Shown one piece after another: positions 46,701-59,211 of a stretch of 64,000 nucleotides of DNA (within the stretch, counting starts at the first letter, position 1; every line of letters begins with the position of its first letter). The stretch comes from Phoronis australis (Eukaryota; Animalia; Phoronida). Position numbers and translations under genes: made by a program. Under the pieces are notes generated by a model. That model did not search any database. It worked only from the letters and a program-made list of their open reading frames with translations, and was not told the DNA's origin. The stretch covers positions 1,124,718-1,188,717 of the forward strand of contig NMRA01000050.1 in NCBI GenBank assembly GCA_002633005.1, given 5' to 3'.

Positions 46701-48674
46701 CACATGCATCCGATTCAAAGGTGCTACAATTTCGCCTTCTGACAAAATATAATTTTTATTATCAACAACTCCAATGTAACACTGATACTACAACTATTGA
46801 TGGGTTTTGAAAACACACCATTCATCGCGTGACCATCTATACAGGAAACTGCTACTTGTGAAAAAATTACAATAAGATACCAACGGCACTAAATTTATTT
46901 TTCCGTCTAAATCACCTTGCATTCATGATTTGCGTCTATATTATTTAAATCTTTAATATCACTGTGTAGCTTGAGGCAGTTTTCATCATGCTGGGTTTTC
47001 ACGCGAGCAGATCCACCTGGTGGCAGTTTCAAGCGTGAGTTAACATGATTCAACACAACCGCGAAGTTTGATGGTGCTATTGTAGAATTACCGCAGATAA
47101 AGTGTCAGCTCCATAGTATAGAAGGTGAGCAAGGGAGTCGCAAAACACAATCGGTCGCAACAGCCTTGAGGGAACAGGAACAACGCCGGTCAGGGTTCTT
47201 GGTGAAATCTCACTGCCGATATATATTTACATCACTGGAACTTCGCGGGCCCGATATTGAAGCATGTTACTGCAGTGTCCCAGCGATTAACGTGTTGACC
47301 CTACCTAAAACCAATGCATTAGTCAAGATTGCCATGACCACCAATGTGGAATTAAGCGTTTTGGGAACACGAAACCTACAGAACGCATTTTATTGTGAAA
47401 GTTCAATTGTAAAAATTCTGACGTTGGCTTAGTTAAAGGTGAACGAGTTGCATGGAAAATAAAAGCAAACAATAGCGGAGCCTGGAAGTATTGAACTGAG
47501 CAATCGCAGTCTTCTGATGACGGCTGTACGGAGAGCTTCGAGCTCTTAAGAGCAGCATGCCGTGGGGTGTTCGTTTCATTCTGTTTTGGAGGCCCTCCCT
47601 TCCTCAGCCTGCTGTTTATATTAATGAAGATGTGAATGGCGAAGTGCTAATGGAAATCCAGCACTTTTAATCACCTCTTTATACTGTTAAATCTACGTAG
47701 CTGCGAGTAAAAGAGTGAATGTTGTCCAGTATCCTTTACATCGGGTTGTTTCCATTGAAGTGTTCGTTCTGGTTTACAAATAATGCATCGAGATGTATGC
47801 TTGATATGCTTTGGGTATTTACATAACTGCTGAAGTGAACAATCAATATACGCGAGAAAATGCATGTGCATCATTCGTTGATCTTGGGTGTTGCGGTGTC
47901 CTGACTCCTGATCCCCTCTTCTAAAACATTTGCATCGCTGTAGATACATGTATGGGAATGATTGAGGTCAGCTCCCTGACTATCCATTGTCATACGTCCT
48001 TATGCGTGCTCTTGAGACTGTTTGTATTTTGCGTCTATGTACGCTAGTGCGTGTGCATTTGTGGGTGTATGACTACGTGTGAGTAACCAGTACATACCGA
48101 CTCATGTATGCGTGTGTATACTTATATGCGTGTGAATTTGTTTGTTGCGGTATGTTTTAAGCATCAATCTAGCCTTACTGCTGCCACAGATTGACGGTTA
48201 AGCTTATTGACTTACTGTCACGTGCTGTCACGAGAATCCTAATATGAAGTTAAATCCAATGCAACTGCTTTCAGACTTTCGGTTTTCGTTTATTTTTTGT
48301 TCTTGCGATGACGCAATATGGAGCGGAAGGGCGATGCCACGTATGATTTTACAACTCTACGTTTGTGTATTTAAAATTTTGCAACGTATTAATGTGACTA
48401 TCTGGGTTGCCCAGTATATCTAAATAATAAAAATCCTTCCACGGATGTCTTTAAACGTCAACGTGATGTGAGCTACTGCTTAGACCAGTTCCGAACCTCA
48501 AGATACTCGCGAGTGAAAACAAGCGAAAGCACGTGATTCACAGGGAATGTAAGGCAGTGTCTCGCGAACACTTGCATGATCGTACAAACGCTTGCGTAAC
48601 CTTGATAAACTTCCACCGGCCGTTCAGAACGCAGCCCAGACTTTCCGTCACGTGTTCGCCAGTAAGTCACAGAA

Positions 48675-48851
48675 TCACAGTAGAGAGAGAGAGAAAACGA
48701 TAAAAATCAGTGCTGATGACGCAACGCTGCTTGCTGAGTTGAGCAATGACTCGTCTCCCGTGAATAAATCCCGTCTGTTGAGCGGCAGTGGGGGGCGGAA
48801 ATTGTTCTTCATGTTGTCGGCTAATTTGACATTGTTGCGAAACAGAGACAT
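48675..48851 (-). CDS. Carbonic anhydrase last exon with GPI-type hydrophobic tail
   Basis: tttcag|MSLFRNNVKLADNMKNNFRPPLPLNRRDLFTGDESLLNSASSVASSALIFIVFSLSLL*. Confidence 0.88.
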   Translation of the reverse strand: MSLFRNNVKLADNMKNNFRPPLPLNRRDLFTGDESLLNSASSVASSALIFIVFSLSLL

Positions 48852-51800
48852 CTGAAACAACAGGCGTGCGTTCAGTAGACGCTAGGACCTACGCTAGGAC
48901 CTAGCCAAAAGCTAGTCAACGTCACGTGCTCTTTTTTAAAATACACGGCAATATCTCGCGTAATCTCGCAAAGTCTTGCTTTTAAGCTAGGTCCTAGCGT
49001 TACTGAACGGGAGGCAGGTATCACCAAGTGTTCGCTACGTAGTAACTGTATTCCACTCAGCCCTTCAGTCACACACTCATTTTGACATTTTCTAAATTTA
49101 AAGTTAATACGATAATCCTGCCTGTCTCCATGTAAAATATTTCGAACATGTCCTGTTGAAAATAAGTAAAAAATGAGCATTTTACACGCTTATACATGTA
49201 CGTCAACAATTGTTGCAAGCTAAATTCAAAAGAAAAACTATAGTGAATTAAGAAAGACATCGTTCTCTCATATTTCCCTCAGTTCCCAAAGTCTAAAGCG
49301 GCAAGGACGCTAGGGGCGAACGAAGGCTTGATAACACCATTTTAAAACTCACCTGTTTTGATCCTATGGGAATGGGTTTGCTAAACACAGTCCACGTGAT
49401 CACTTGGGAACATGGTGGAGTTGTTAGGCTTCCTTCGTAGCGGAAGTAACTGCCAAGATCTTCTTCTGGTAACATGAGGTCTTTCAGTTTGAAATTGCGA
49501 ACTGTTCTAATGTCTCCTGGAAGTATATAAAGTCACGCAAATAGCCATGGCTTTGGACAACAATGTAAAAAATGACATATGATTTCCTGGTGGTTAATGG
49601 TTCAAATTAAAAAGAATGACTAAATTGATGATGACGGCAATGACGATGATGATGACGATGACGATGCAGGAGTCAATTATGATGGTGACTTTGATGGCAA
49701 TGGCGATAACAATGACGATACCGAAGTCGAGGGTGACGGTGACGACAGCAAGGGAGTGGCGACAGCGACAATGACGATGTAGTTGTCAATGATGATTTCG
49801 ATGTTGTTGGCGATGGCGAGAACTGGAAATTACGAAGATGAGGGAAATGGTGACAATAACAAGGCGACAGTGACGGTGACAATGATGATAAGAACAACCG
49901 CGGCAAAAGAACTTTTACTTACAGGGGTACTATCGCTTACAACGATTGTCCTAATGTCCACGTCCTCAAATAGAAATACTGGGACTTTGTGCGCGGATGG
50001 GGACCGTAGGCCTTAGGTAGTTATTACTTTACTGAAATTTGTTTTGTTTATTCATCTAATTGTACATAGTAACTAATCTATAACTGATTTGTTTATTTCA
50101 TTAATCTTTTGATCTGATTGTACATAGCTCACTGTATTTTCATGTAATTATTTCCGACAGGGCCCAGTTGAAAAACAATGTTTTGACTGAAGTGGTGGCC
50201 CAGTCTTTTTCGAGGACAAAGATTTAGAAGAGTCAGTTCTATAAACCCAAAGTCGGTTTTCGGCTTGAAGTCAAAATTCAATATTCGTTTTTGTCATAGG
50301 AGAGCTTTGTAACTACTCTTTTAGCACCAGTTGTGGATTCGAAAAATAGGTGTGAAAGTCGGTTTAAAAAGGATACCGTGTTCTTGAAGCGCTAACTGGA
50401 TTTACTAACTGAATCTTGGGTCATGAGTAGTACTAGAATCAAAATTGTGATCTGAATGCGTGCATTTATCCCATACGCGTTGAATCAGTCGAGGGAAATA
50501 CGGCCATGTAATAATGTTTTCCGTATTCACATCCCGCACAACTTCAACAATGACCTCTGACATGGAAGGTTCAAAAGGTAGGTCAATGTCGACTCGACGT
50601 CGTCAGCCGGCTCCATCATCAAACTTTCCGAAAATAGTCTAAAGTAATACAGTTGCAGCAGTGTAAATAACACTAAACATGCAACCAGGTCTCAATCGTA
50701 ACATCTGGAACAGGACTGTTAATTATATGACAGTTCTGTCTCAGTTTTTAGTTGCTAAATATTTTATCGTCTGCAACTCAGGCGCCGATTCCTCGGTGAC
50801 TACAATAACAAATATTGTTGCTGTTGAACTATTTTCAGATGTTACAAGTTCAATGCACAGTTACCGTTGCTTTCATCTTTGTTATCTCTTTTCAAGTAAT
50901 AAATCGTTACATTTAAAACGTGTTTCTCAGAGAAATCTTGCAACCTAACCGTCGGCGCAAGTACATACATATAGGATGTGATCAGCCACGTAAACAGTCT
51001 GAGTGAAGTACTTAAAAAATCTGCCGAAAAATGAAAGAAACTTAGGGATTCGAAGCGTGGGATCAATACAGAATATCCCACGAGACATTATTCTTGTGGG
51101 ATATTACTTTATGGACGCCACTCTCGGTTCATTTTTGAGTATGTACATGTGTACATGTACATGTACACATGTACATGTACAGTGTTTGCAAACATAAGTC
51201 TGGTCTGCACGCCGCCTGTTGGCCACTTAAACAAGTGCATACATTACACAGTGTGTATTTCTACCTGGTCACGGCTCACACTCTGTTCTATTAACAAACA
51301 GCGTTCAAAAATACCACTTAAAAATCCACAATAGCCAATCGTCATGGCTCGAACGACGAAGACCTAATGGCCTAGAATTAAGATTCAAGTTCAGCTCATA
51401 CTTGTTCACGTCTGCGGCAAAATGATCGGTGAGGATTTTCCCTCGCGTAGCGGTAAGACAAATATCTCAGTTGTTGGTTCTGTTTTAAAAACCGGACAAT
51501 CGCCGCACAAATAAAAAAGTTCATGTTCAATTCAACGTTTCGTCTTTTCATTAGTCATCATCGAGATCATATTTACAACAAGTTAGGACAACAAGTGCCA
51601 ACATACAGCTCTGGTAACATCCATAGAGTGAAGTGAGAGATACATAGAATATAGTCAGTAGCTGGTCATCACCATAGCTGCAGGGTCACAGAGCTCTGCA
51701 TGTTATTCAGAGAATCAGTGGCATGCTGGTTCTGAATGGCCAATGACTCTTAAATGTACAGTAACTCCTTATTAGGTTCTCTGCAGATAATACTAACAGA

Positions 51801-54800
51801 GTTGCCTTGGTGATTGTAGCTAATACAATGCCTATACATGTTACTTTTCTCTGAGGTGTGATGTTCTTTCAGCTTGTCACAGAGGCGTCTCTGTGTGAGT
51901 CCTATATAGAATCCCTTACAGTTGCCACATTCAACCTGTTCTGTTTTACGTGGTCAAAGTACAATAACGCTAGGACCTTACATAAGTAGGACTCCGCTAG
52001 AAAAGTAAGACTTCGCGCTATTACACGAGATATTTCCGTGTATTTTAAATGAGAACACGTGATTTTGGGTAATTTTTTTAAAACCGGGACTGTGTATATT
52101 AAATATGCACAGTATGCAAGCAAAGTGGTCTAAGGTTCTCGGCCGATTACCTGCGGCAGTCAACGAAATTTTATTATTGGATCAACTGACATCAGCTAAC
52201 AAATCTATCACTGATTCGATGTAAGTGTGTTCTGCCTTTGAACTGTTTACTGTGAACCCTTCGAGTTACTGTATGAGTTATAATTCAGTTGAGAACGACG
52301 GCTCAGCTCACAGTTTTTCGTTGCTCATGTGTACCTGCTGGGCTCATTTAGCGTAACCAAATTAATTACTTTCATCTGGCCCAGTCAATAGTACACTCAA
52401 TGATCACAGAATCTTATTATGTGATGGATAACAATGATCAGGTTGTTCGTCATCGTGTTTTTCTCAAAACTCAACATTTTTCACGAAGATCGGCGTATTT
52501 TTCGCCAACACGATTTTTTCCCACAAAAATTTCAAAGTTTTTTCTTTGTTTTGTTAACTGGCAATGTATTTATTGAAGGAGTTGATGCCCAGAGATCAGA
52601 TGACAAAAATCAAGACGTTTACCGCTATTTTGCAAGAAATGTTGACGTTTTAATTTTTGACAGTGGAGCATTTGTTGTGAAAGGCTTAATCCCGAAAAAT
52701 TCAAGAAAACTGGAGATTTTGGCTGCAAATAACCTGCTGGAACTAGACCCAGTAGGCGCACACTAGAATACCTTTTTGGAGAGGGGATTTGAGTTCTTCG
52801 GTGATGGCTAAATACTTGTCGTTGTCATCGTTCTTCTCCTCGAAAAAGAATCCTAGAACGGCAAGTCCGTCACTGTGGCTCAGCGATTCTTGCACAGACG
52901 AGTATTTGGTGTTGAAGTGGACGACGTGAAGCTGGAAATAAGCACTCTCTGTTATGAAACTAGCTGTTATAAATTTCTCGTCCAAAGTTTGTTCTCTGTA
53001 CAATACCGCCATTTCTCAGAAAATGACTCTGGGTAGTTTTGTCCACTTTCGTAATTTCAAAATAAGTCCTTTAGTTGCATATATTTGCATAAAACACGGA
53101 TTATAATGTCAGTTGCTGTAAACTGGTAATTTGGATCTAAACAATAACTGTAATCTCGGGACAATATCTACCATTGTCAGATGTTATACATTTCTAACCT
53201 AAACTGTATAACATTTTGCAAGGGCAGAGGTCTCCACAGTTTTCGAAGGAATTTAAGTAAAAATGGAACGCCGACAGCGTCTTTGGTGGTGTACCCTATA
53301 AATCCGCTGGTGTAACACGGGTGAAATTCATGTTTATGTTATAAGAATAAATTTGACCGTCGTGCTAAATTTAAAATTCAAAATCTTGTTGTTTTTATGT
53401 ATTTCAACTTTATTTCACAAAACACATACAAATAAAGCTCCATCATACCGGGAAATGTAAGTCCGCGTTAAACGGTGCGAAATATTGACACTGGCATGAC
53501 TGTTTAAGAAAGTATTGACCCCACAGTGTCACAGAAGATAGCTGTTACCACGATGGGGTATGATTTCGAGTCAATGAATGACCACACAGTGTATCAGCAG
53601 ATAGCTCTTACCTCCATCAGGTATGATTTCGAGTCAACCACTGACCACACAGTGTCTCAGAAGATAGATCTTACCTCCATCGGGTATGATTTAGAGTCAA
53701 CCAGGTGCTCAGACCCCTTCATTTTGTCGGTGCCCCAGTGGAAATGAAAGGCAGCAGCTCTGTATGTGCCCTTTACCGTCGGAAGGGACATTTCTATGCC
53801 GTCAGGGAGACCCACTGAGACTGAAATAAATACCAGGTTATGATCGGCGTATCCAGAGCAAGCATACTGTATGTGTGTCGCAAACTCGTTACCAGAGATG
53901 AAAAGAACACCCGAGTTGGCGAAAAAGGTTCATTTATTATCACTAAACACGATACAAGGAATATGATAGAAAATTCAATATCATAAGTAAAAATGATGAT
54001 CTCTGTGAACTGCTTCATGAAAATGTCTTAAGAGTCTTACGCTGCACATTTTTATTCCTAAAAATTAATCGAAACTCACTTTAGAGAAGAATAACGTATC
54101 GGAGAATATACCCATAACAGTTTCTTAATGAGGACACCTGTACAAGATATCTTCAGACAGTGATGTGCTCACAATTACATGGCTAAGCATTTATTTGAAA
54201 ATTGTGAAGTGAGTGCATAAGAGCTAATTCCTGTCTTTAGGAATGGAACAGATCCCAGGTAAGATGGACCAATAAAATAACGCCACACGAAAAGTTGTAT
54301 GGCAGCTTCATTTCACACTGTCTGGATGAAGTGCCTGAATGTTGAGTCAAGACAATCCTGTTCGAGCCAATAGGGCTGGTTTAGCGTGACGTCATTTCGA
54401 CGCTTTGAACCAAGCCTATTTAAAAAAGATCAAAAATTAAAAAAAATATATTTGGAGCAGAGTTTACGCAGAGGTTTACATTACCAAGGTCATTGATTAT
54501 TGCGGGTTACTCAGAGCTGGTCAATTTTTTACCTTAATTTTGTGGCCTTAGATGTAGTTGGCGCTCACCAACTAATCCACACTCATAACTTTGCAAAATT
54601 TCCAAGTGCTTAAATTCCCCCCTCCAGAGGTTTCCCGAATGTGAAAATATTCGAGACTTGTGGACTTTTTGACGATATGATTCAACTGTGCATGTATTTC
54701 ACTTTGCGGGACCAAACTACGTCATAATAGTGCCTCACATACATGTAGCGACACGTTACCACTAAACATCCGGAAACGTTATGCCTGAAGCCGCGGTAGC

Positions 54801-56531
54801 TCCTACAAATAAAATAAAAACTGAATAAAATGGGGTGGGTCAGGTTTGATGATCATTGTGAGTAGTAAAATTTAAGTCACTGGCATTAAACGTATTCATT
54901 TGTTTTGAGGGAATAAGTCTCTGCTCTGCCCTACTCATTTTCGGTGGGAAATTTTGGCACGAATACAGGTAGCCCTCACAAAAATGGGAATTGGCAAAAA
55001 TCTTATCACTAATGACATATTTCAAACAAAATTTCTGGAAACCGGAAGATTTTGGATTCTTGTTGCCTCTCTCCTATCAGGACAGTCGTGAATTTGTGAT
55101 TTTATGGAGAAGTGACAAAATCGCAAGTTTTTGGTCATTGTCGTCTTATTTCTCCGGCAGAAGTAGGAAGGCAAAATGAGATTCTCCATCGCTGCACATT
55201 TTCATGCGAGGACTAAGAAATAAACGGGGTATTAGGTTCAGTCCTATGAATTGTACATTCGCACGGTATTCCTGTGGACTTTTGTCTCGTTTTCTCGGAC
55301 TTTTTGTTTCTCTGAGGCGCACTTTTTTGCCCACTTCGTCAAATGGGGGCTCATTCGAGCCGCTCCCCCCCCCGGGTACGCGCATGTTGTACTGTAATTC
55401 ATGTGACGTGAGACAGGGTGAAAACAAGGGATTTAACTTACCCCGAACCAGTGATAATGTAGCAATCGGTTATTCAAAATGTGACCTTTGCCCTTGGTGT
55501 TGATTTTACTTCAAAGTATGGCCCAGTGGCTGTGATCGCTAAATGTACTGGCTGTTGGACTCTTGGAGTAATCAATCATATCAAGCGGTATCGAAAAGTT
55601 TATACAAAGTGCGACAAACAAGGAGTTGATTATTTTACTTGGTCTACATGGTCACGCTCCTGTGTCGTACTTTTAGACATGTGGGCCTACAGTTCAGACA
55701 CAAACCAGGAGATTTCGTGGCACGTTTTCATTGGTTCTAATGCCCAATGTCATCAGCGAAGGATTTCCTTAAAGCATTGTTTAAAGCCTTCCCAGAACAG
55801 AGTTTGGTTACTCTAGATTTGATGAGCTAAATCCAGCCTCCCGTTCAGTAACGCTAGGACCTCGCTAAAAAGCAAGACTTCGCGAGATTACGTGAGATAT
55901 TGTCGTGCATTGTAAATAAGAACAAGTGACTTTGACTAGGTTTTAGCTAGGTCCTAGCGTAGGTCCTAGCACTGAACGCACGCCAGGTTGGGCTGATAGT
56001 CCCAACAATACTTCAGTTGCATTGTATTCGGATGTTTAGTGATCGAAGCGGTGACGTAGACGAAACACAAACAATAAGCCTAGTCATCCATTATAATACA
56101 ATTGGCACATTTATGGCATCAGTGTGATTTGGGTATTGCTTACAACATATCCGGGACATAACTCCCCTTGTTTTTCGTTAAAGATAGGCTTTAACAACTC
56201 CTTGAATAGTCTTTTAAAGAGAACGCGATGAGTATAAGAGGAGTTATTAAATCTTTGTATAGATTTAGCAAATCATGGACTGTCCAATAAATCAATGTAG
56301 TAGGCGCATCATGGTTATACTGGACCGAGTACCTCACTCCGTGTTTACCTGAATGTCCATTGTTGGTCAAATTCGTGATAATGTTGACGTCATATCCTTT
56401 TAGAAGCTTTGGCTTTGTCAGAGCAGGTTCAAATTCGACGTCACTGGTCTTGATGTTGATTGGCGATTGTGCATTCTTCATACAATCCCCCTTCCAATGA
56501 GACGGACCGTTGTCCCCAGCGTACGACCAGT
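48675..56531 (-). CDS. Alpha-carbonic anhydrase, probably extracellular and GPI-anchored (CA4-like topology); 5'-partial, signal-peptide exon not located
   Basis: Exons in transcript order: 56531-56349, 53820-53675, 52931-52772, 49516-49353, 48851-48675; GT-AG and phase-consistent. Motifs WSYAGDNGPSHW, QSPINI, NNGHS, FHFHWG, GSEH, PME|LHVVH, DGLAVLG, YFRYEGSLTTPPC, NNFRPPLPLN; ends NSASSVASS-ALIFIVFSLSLL*. Confidence 0.93.
48863..49015 (+). mobile_element. ~150 bp hairpin MITE (CGTTCAGTAACGCTAGGACCT family)
   Basis: Inverted ends cgttcagtagacgctaggacct / aggtcctagcgttactgaacg; reverse-complement copy at 55836-55984; partial copies at ~51964-52070, ~60475-60585 and ~63487-63593. Confidence 0.75.
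49353..49516 (-). CDS. Carbonic anhydrase exon (GSLTTPPC)
   Basis: ttccag|GDIRTVRNFKLKDLMLPEEDLGSYFRYEGSLTTPPCSQVITWTVFSKPIPIGSKQ|gtgagt. Confidence 0.92.
49625..49890. repeat. Degenerate (GAT/GAC)n low-complexity tract in a carbonic anhydrase intron
   Basis: gatgatgacggcaatgacgatgatgatgacgatgac... Confidence 0.8.
52772..52931 (-). CDS. Carbonic anhydrase exon with His119 equivalent
   Basis: ttccag|LHVVHFNTKYSSVQESLSHSDGLAVLGFFFEE...SPLQK|gtattc. Confidence 0.9.
53516..53703. repeat. 63-bp tandem repeat x3 spanning a carbonic anhydrase exon/intron junction
   Basis: Units start at 53516, 53579 and 53642 (tgaccacacagtgt..cagaagatag.tcttacctccatc.ggtatgattt.gagtcaa). Confidence 0.9.
53675..53820 (-). 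CDS. Carbonic anhydrase exon with Zn ligands His94/His96 and Glu106 equivalents
   Basis: tttcag|VSVGLPDGIEMSLPTVKGTYRAAAFHFHWGTDKMKGSEHLVDSKSYPME|gtaaga. Confidence 0.92.
55836..55984 (-). mobile_element. Inverted copy of the 48863-49015 MITE
   Basis: gcctcccgttcagtaacgctaggacct...aggtcctagcactgaacgcacgcc. Confidence 0.75.
56349..56531 (-). CDS. Carbonic anhydrase exon (WSY...QSPINI...NNGHS)
   Basis: ttccag acceptor, gtaaac donor; WSYAGDNGPSHWKGDCMKNAQSPINIK...LTNNGHS. Confidence 0.92.
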
Positions 56532-57563
56532 CTGGAAAATAGAGTCGATTTTCTTTTAGTTATAGTTATTTGCGGGCCGTTTAATGCACCATTTTTCACA
56601 GCGCCATCTGTGAAGGAGAGGGGTCCTGTGAAAAAGTCTGACATTCAAAAATTAGTGTGTGAACGTCTGTGCTCGTGCCTCGGTATGGACGTTTGCAGGA
56701 GGTACGTGAATGGGCTGAAAAGTAGTCTGGATGGTACTGTCGTTTAATCAAACCCCTTGTAATCTCGAGTGTGTCACAAATGACGATTTTTTTCGAATAT
56801 ATCGATTTAATCTTCTATTACTGCAGCTGCCACAAGCCACTCCAGCTCCCCTGAATAGATGGACAGTGCATGCATGCATTTCACAACACCAACCAATGGG
56901 AATGTCTGAATGTTACTTTCCAACGTATCAGAGTGTCCTATTGTTACGTTGTTTCGTTATAGCAACGAGGAAGCCGTATTACATAATGTTGAGTTTTTGT
57001 CGCAATTGGCCGAAATTCCGTGAAGAAGGCACCGTTTGACAGTACAACTTGTGAAGTCTAACAGCCTCTCAACGACGCATACATTCCCACTTTTTCCACT
57101 TTTGGAGGTATGTCTAGTTTTCCTACTTTTTCTTGCCTTTTCATAAAAATTCTAATTTTCAACTACTTTTTGCTCATTTGTCGGTAGTCGAATTTCTAGA
57201 ATTAAATGATGACGCAACTAGTTGTTACAAAAAATGGATTTGAGGAAGACATCTAGTAGCACTCACACAGTGTTTGTATATCGCAAGACAAAGTCAATGA
57301 TTTTGGCATTGACGACTATGAGTGACCCCTGTTGACTATCTCACGAGAGGTTGATTGTAGAATAAAATCTCTCACTAAATTGATGATTGAATTTACGAGT
57401 TTATAATAGTCCCGGAACACAAGCTTTCAAGCAACAAGTGCTGTCCTCATTGCGATTAGCATTTAAATACTAATAATAATAATACGCTGCAGTCGCTTTA
57501 GAGGTTTCCCCTTTTTCAGTTTTTTTTTGCACTTTTTCTTAGTTTTCAAAAACCAATCCTTAA

Positions 57564-59211
57564 AGGAGAATGCCACCCGATTTAATTAGTCTTTTTTGCC
57601 GTCATAATCGGTCTATATCCACAACGCCTGGCATACGGTCGACCTTACCTTGCCAAGAGGTGTCGCGTTAACCTGTGAGAAAGGTGAAAAACGACGCTAG
57701 CGACGTCAGTGGTTCATATGCAGAGTGAATGCTGGTATGTTGCGGTGCATCGTTCCCGCTTGTCCGAACTAAGCAGCTGCCAGGAAAGTGGATATATCGT
57801 ATTTTTACTTTCTCGAGAGTCCGAAATGCTTAGGAAGTGGCTCATGGTAGTGAAGAATAAAATGTACGCTGTAAATAGCAAGTATAAGGCCGTGTCTGTG
57901 GCCTGCAGACGTCGACAGTGCCTGACGAATGCCGGCTTACCAAATAACTCCATACGTTCCGTTGTCTGAGCATGTTCACGGCGCTTCTCTAGTATTTCTT
58001 CATCACTGTATTCCTGTTCGAATTGATAGCCTGTAAAACTTAACGATCCACCTGCGAAGTCGGGACCTTTGAGCTCTAGCTCGTCCTAAGTTGGGATAGC
58101 GAGTTGTCATGTTGACGTTTATTACTGAGAGTTCTGTTTCAGAATGAATTATTCTCACCCTAACCAATACTTATATAAAACTGAAACAAAGTCTGACTCA
58201 TTAGACGCAATTTGTAATGCCTTTGCAGAGCTCATGAGAGCAAATGATTTGAGAAGCCAGCAATGAATAAATCACTGCGTTACCGGCTTTAGGTGCAATA
58301 AAATTGACGGGACACCGAGGCCGTGTGAGCTCATGCTAATTTAGTGTTTGCTGGTAGAAACTGTTGTGAAACAAGTCGATCTCCATCCCATGGCCAAGTG
58401 TTAGGGGAATCTTTATTTACATTTACATTACTCAAATAATGATTGTCGATGTACAACTTCTGCCCTGACGGTGCCGTGGCCAAAGCGGAACCTGACGAGT
58501 AAGTAGATTTGCAGTTTCGTGTTATTTCACCAACATAATCAGGTGCACATTACTTTGGCTCACTAGTATAGTATTTTCTTGACTGGAAGCTTAGTTTCCA
58601 CTGAACTTTGGCTGGTTTATGTTCGTGATGTCTGATCAGTTTCCGAGCCACTGGTCTGCCCGGGATAACGAGTCAAACCGGCCGGCCGCGACGGGCCTGA
58701 TCGGGCTCCGAGACCCTGAGCAGGATAACAAGCGTTTTGTGTTTAGAACTCAAAAAATCACAAGTTTAAACAACACAGATCTAGGTTCTCGTGTCTTTAT
58801 CTCACGGAAAATACTTCGAAATTATCTCCGAACTGACCCCAAACTCCTGCTACGGACCTTATTGGCCTGCCGAACTTTGTAGGCTACGGTGTGTCCAAAT
58901 ACCAATAAATCCGTAAGAGCGAAATAAAACAACACGTTTTTATAAGAACTAGGTGTATTTTTAAGGGTTTTACATCGAAGTTTGATGATTTATTGGTGTT
59001 AAACGATGACTTCAAGCGATAAGCTGACACCAGTAACCCGTGTTGTGAACTGCTGAACAGACTGCATGTGAAACCGATGACGTCATTGGATAATTTCAAC
59101 ACCTCCGTCTGCCGTCAGGTGTCAGGTAACGCTACCGTACGTGTCGTTATGGAGTAGAGCTACTCGATCTAAATTGATGCAAATTAGGTTGTTTTTGGAT
59201 GCCATGCTCCT
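57564..59211. mobile_element. Non-autonomous Kolobok-type DNA transposon, copy 2 (same orientation as copy 1)
   Basis: TTAA at 57560-57563 and 59212-59215; same TIRs; aligns end to end with 8734-10381 apart from private indels. Confidence 0.8.

Noticed and set aside
46387-47432. GC-richer segments with short ORFs between gene B and the CA gene
   Set aside because: No consistent spliced frame or domain recognised; may be UTR or decayed repeat.
49069-49260. ORFs between the last two CA exons
   Set aside because: No CA motifs; exon 49516-49353 splices in frame directly to 48851.
49625-49890. Asp-rich tract in the CA gene suggesting a nacrein-like acidic insert
   Set aside because: The Asp frame is antisense to the CA gene, and the flanking CA exons already join in phase without it.
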